A stretch of 64,000 nt of DNA. Origin: Macrostomum lignano. Taxonomy: Eukaryota. The position numbers and the translations under genes are program-made. Location of the stretch: NCBI GenBank assembly GCA_002269645.1, contig NIVC01000070.1, forward strand, positions 682,001 to 746,000, written 5' to 3'. Below the pieces are notes generated by a model, which was given only the letters and a program-made list of their open reading frames with translations, did not search any database and was not told the origin of the DNA. Below are positions 41,811 to 64,000 of this stretch, one piece after another (within the stretch, counting starts at the first letter, position 1; the number at the start of each line of letters is the position of its first letter).

Positions 41811-43504
41811 GGGTGGGCCCTCAGCCCTTAGAAATATCCATTTGATCCGTACAGTAGTTTTAATTGCGTCAATCGCACCGAAAATCCGAGACAAGTTGAC
41901 CAAAATATTCGTAGTTTTGAGAGCTCAATTTCCAATGCTGCCGAGTGTATTTGAGAAGCTAGCTTTTACAATTAGTTCAAAATATTTTTCAGTGTTGCTT
42001 TTTAACTTTTTTTATTCCGATAACAGAACCGGAACGAAAAACGTTTTAAGTTTTTTTAAAATTTAGAATTACAATTTGCTTAGAAGTAACTTGAGATGGA
42101 GCCGTGGATCTTGCTTCTGCTGCTTTTGCCATGAGGATTTCTAAATTTTTGTTTGAATTATTACAGAACGTAAATCATTCATCTGGATGTTTTCTTGCTC
42201 CTCGTAATAAGGGCTAATCAGTTGTGTCGGGAGACAAATCCCGCTGGGAAAAATCTTCGACAGTGATTAAAACAAATTTTATTAAAATCAAACGCGTGTT
42301 GAAACCGCGGTCCTATAGCGCTTTTCATTAATAATTCACGACACGGAGCAGAATTTAATCATGAGAACAAGAATTTCCCGCATATTTCCTACGTGAAAAG
42401 GAGTAATCAAAGAGAATGTCAGGTTGCCGATGCTTAACTGTTATATTTTCCCATGGCAGTGAAATTGTGCCAGAACTGACAATTTATAGAATGCTTTCGA
42501 CAGGACACGCTGATAAATCTGAGTTACAAGGACAATACGAATTATTGCTTGAAACAGTTATGAAAAAACACGAATACTCATTTAATTTTGTTTGATTACC
42601 TGCTGCAGGTTTCACGGTTCACGGAAATACAAGTCAAAGGCTTTCTGAACCTCTAGATGATAATTTCTGCACAGTCACGAGTGCATGATATCTTTCACGC
42701 ACGAGTGAACGTGAAGGAATCCCATTGTGGGATGAGTGATCGTGCAGGAATACATTTCTGCTCTTTTCAATGCTTTTTCAATGAGATTTTACCATTTGAC
42801 ATCCATTCCTGCACGGAAAATCAGCTGACAATGTGCCAAGAATTCATCTTAGGGACTTTGATTGAATAAGAGGGAAACGCTACAGTAAAATAATCACGAT
42901 TAGTTTTTAACATAAAAAATTATTGCTGCACAACATTCGTACTAAATTATATCGGATGAGAACTTTTTAAAATACTGCGTCGGTGCAAGTAAGTAGCAGT
43001 TTTCTAGTGCGATTCTTATAACGAGAAATTATAATGTGCTCAGAAAAAACATTTAATAGAAAGTTTTTCTCTACGATCTACACTAGAGTGCGAATACATC
43101 GATTTTAAATTTTCTGTCTACGTGTAGCATGGTGTCAGGACCATTCTACTAGAGACCATTATCATTAATTAATATGAGTACATATTGCGTTGTGGTGCGA
43201 TTCTTTAACGGGTAATAATTATGTGCTCGGAATAAACATTCTTTTAAATATTTTAACCACGATCTATGCAAAGAGATCCAACTTTAACTTGCGCAACTAC
43301 TCAAATTTTGAAGAATCTCGATAACACGGATTTAGGACCATTCCGTCAGAGTATTTGCTTTTGTTTCTGTTTGTTTCTGTCAGAGTATTCTCGTTAAAGA
43401 TCAAATCTATTGCTTTAAAGACATTTCAAGGTCACACTGAAGTCACTTCAGCTTCTCAAGATAGTTCCAATTCTTTAAGGTCACTAACGTTTCTCAAGGT
43501 CATT

Positions 43505-43950
43505 CAAACGCTCCAAAAGTCACTCCAAAACTTCAAGGTTGCTTCAAACGCTCCAAAAGTCCCTCCAAAACTTCAAGGTTGCTTCAAACGCTCCAAAAGT
43601 CACTCCAAAACTTCAAGGTTGCTTCAAACGCTCCAAAAGTCCCTCCAAAACTTCAAGGTTGCTTCAAACGCTCCAAAAGTCACTCCAAAACTTCAAGGTT
43701 GCTTCAAACGCTCCAAGGTCACTCCAAAACTTCAACGTCACTTCATAAGCTCCAAGGTCACTCCAAAACTTCAACGTCACTTCATAAGCTCCAAGGTCAC
43801 TTCAAAAGCTCCAAGGTCACTTCAAAACTTCAAGGTCGCTTCAAAAGCTCCAAAGGTCACTCCAAAACTTCAATGTTGCTCAAACGCTCCAATTAAGGTC
43901 ACTCCAAAACTTCAAGGTTGCTTCAAACGCTCCAAGGTCACTCCAAAACA
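43505..43950. repeat. Minisatellite, ~40-bp unit CTCCAAAAGTCACTCCAAAACTTCAAGGTTGCTTCAAACG
   Basis: Tandem copies immediately 3' of the GPCR stop codon. Confidence 0.9.
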
Positions 43951-43964
43951 TCAAGGTTGCATCG

Positions 43965-62193
<18,229 letters not shown>

Positions 62194-63149
62194 GTCTAAG
62201 TCTGTTACGAAGCAAGACAAAAGATAGCTTATTTCCTCTAAGCTTCTTCATGCGAGCCTATTTATCAGCCATCCTGCTCAAGCAGCGAGTATTCGGGCAG
62301 CTCTTTACTAATTGGCTCCAAGAGAGACGAGTTCCTCCATTTTCTGAGTAGATACGATTTTTCTACCTGTAGCAAGTGATTGACGCGTACGTGCCTACTA
62401 AAAAGTAGTTCCATGCGAATAAAATACCAGCACACACGATTTTATAATTTTGCACCTTAAAGGAGTCGGTATTTAAACTTTGCATGTTGTCTTTCCGATT
62501 TGCCGACTTTGAAGTTTGGCAGCCATTCAAGTTTCAACTTATGCCGTATGATTTTAATGACGTAAAACAGTTTGTTTAAAATAAGGGCATCAACGTTACC
62601 CCCCACGAAGGACGTAGTGTGATAGCACCGGATACACGCATAGGTAGGCACATTGTTGCATGTTTTAAATTAGCTCAGTCAGTGACAGTCACTCGGCCAA
62701 TCTGACGAAGCACCGGTTTTTCGTATGCTTTCTGTGAAAGCGTACGTACAGGACATGTTACAGCATATGTATCAACAAGCACGAGAGGATGATGCAAATC
62801 TCGTAGTGATTGTTTATTCAAGCGTTTTGCCAATTTATATTTATGTACCTAAGCTATTGCCACCCTGATTTACTGCAGCAAGCAATACTCATGCAACCTC
62901 AGCTGCGCTGGAATGGCCTCAGAAGAAGGTACAAAAATGTATCACAGCTAAAGAGCCTTTGAAGGTAGCTCGGGGCACAGGATAATGTTGCTGACTGAGA
63001 AGCATCAGATTGCATTGAATGACTGATAGGGTTACCAGATAATTAGAATTTATAGTGCACACCATGGGCGCCCCAAAGAGGTCAAATAGTCGTGATCAAG
63101 GGGGCATCGCCTTGAAAAATCAGGGGCCAGGATTTCTCTTTAGAGACCA

Positions 63150-63662
63150 CCCCTGGTGCTGGCGCCCCTGGTGCTGGCGCCCCTGGTGCTGGCGCCCCTG
63201 GTGCTGGCGCCCCTGGTGCTGGCGCCCCTGGTGCTGGCGCCCCTGGTGCTGGCGCCCCTGGTGCTGGCGCCCCTGGTGCTGGCGCCCCTGGTGCTGGCGC
63301 CCCTGGTGCTGGCGCCCCTGGTGCTGGCGCCCCTGGTGCTGGCGCCCCTGGTGCTGGCGCCCCTGGTGCTGGCGCCCCTGGTGCTGGCGCCTCTGGTGCT
63401 GGCGCCTCTGGTGCTGGCGCCTCTGGTGCTGGCGCCTCTGGTGCTGGCGCCTCTGGTGCTGGCGCCTCTGGTGCTGGCGCCTCTGGTGCTGGCGCCTCTG
63501 GTGCTGGCGCCTCTGGTGCTGGCGCCTCTGGTGCTGGCGCCTCTGGTGCTGGCGCCCCTGGCCGCTAAAGTCCCTGGGCGCTAAAGTCCCTGGCCGCTAA
63601 AGTCCCTGGCCGCTAAAGTCCCTGGCCGCTAAAATCTCTGGCCGCTAAAATCTCTGGCCGCT
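63150..63662. repeat. 15-bp repeats GGCGCC(C/T)CTGGTGCT then AAAGTCCCTGGCCGCT
   Basis: About 27 plus ~6 tandem copies; same family as 25985-26190. Confidence 0.95.
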
Positions 63663-64000
63663 AAACTAAAGTCCACCCAAGGAACTTAAGCCAACTCTCT
63701 GATATCTTTGGCGTCTCCCGAAACAAAAATGTAAAATTTTGGAAAAATTGCCCGTCGCCGTTGCGATGACGCATCACTTATTTTAACATAATATGCATTA
63801 CATTATTCAGACTCCCGGACTGGGCGCAATGAAGGAGAGCGTCATCTTGATTAGGCACGATTCATAAATGAAAACAGTGACGCCTACGGGCGTAAATTGC
63901 TTGAACGGACGTGAATCTTATCCTTTCTATTCGTAAGCAAAGCATGCTAAAAATAGGAAGTTCTCTTTTGCTGCTGCATCATGCTCAGGCCCGTCCAAGT

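Noticed and set aside
63055-63600. WCWRP / LAPLV repeat ORFs
   Set aside because: 15-bp minisatellite translation.

Overview
Eukaryotic (animal) genomic DNA with spliceosomal introns. About 20 kb (~30%) is micro- or minisatellite, and there are many small non-autonomous DNA transposons. The style resembles a free-living flatworm such as Macrostomum, but that is inference. Gene models were built by hand from splice sites and reading phase. (1) A 3-exon GPI-anchored Ly6/three-finger gene (minus, 6382-7001). (2) A head-to-head pair of 2-exon paralogous secreted proteins with an unnamed domain (minus 9099-12220, plus 12616-13581); the ATGs are 396 bp apart and both have 73-nt signal-peptide exons. 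(3) An intronless 189-aa orphan ORF (plus, 16732-17301). (4) A complete 13-exon ERG/KCNH2-subfamily K+ channel with PAS domain (minus, 18977-35666, ~1193 aa). (5) A ~15-exon divergent GABA-B-like class C GPCR (minus, 43965-62193, ~770 aa). Mobile DNA includes several hAT-type MITEs with 8-bp TSDs, a TTAA-flanked element, a CORE-like SINE and an RTE LINE fragment. One MITE family is seen both before and after its internal units expanded into a 1.7-kb minisatellite. Most long ORFs in the supplied track are artefacts of tandem repeats.
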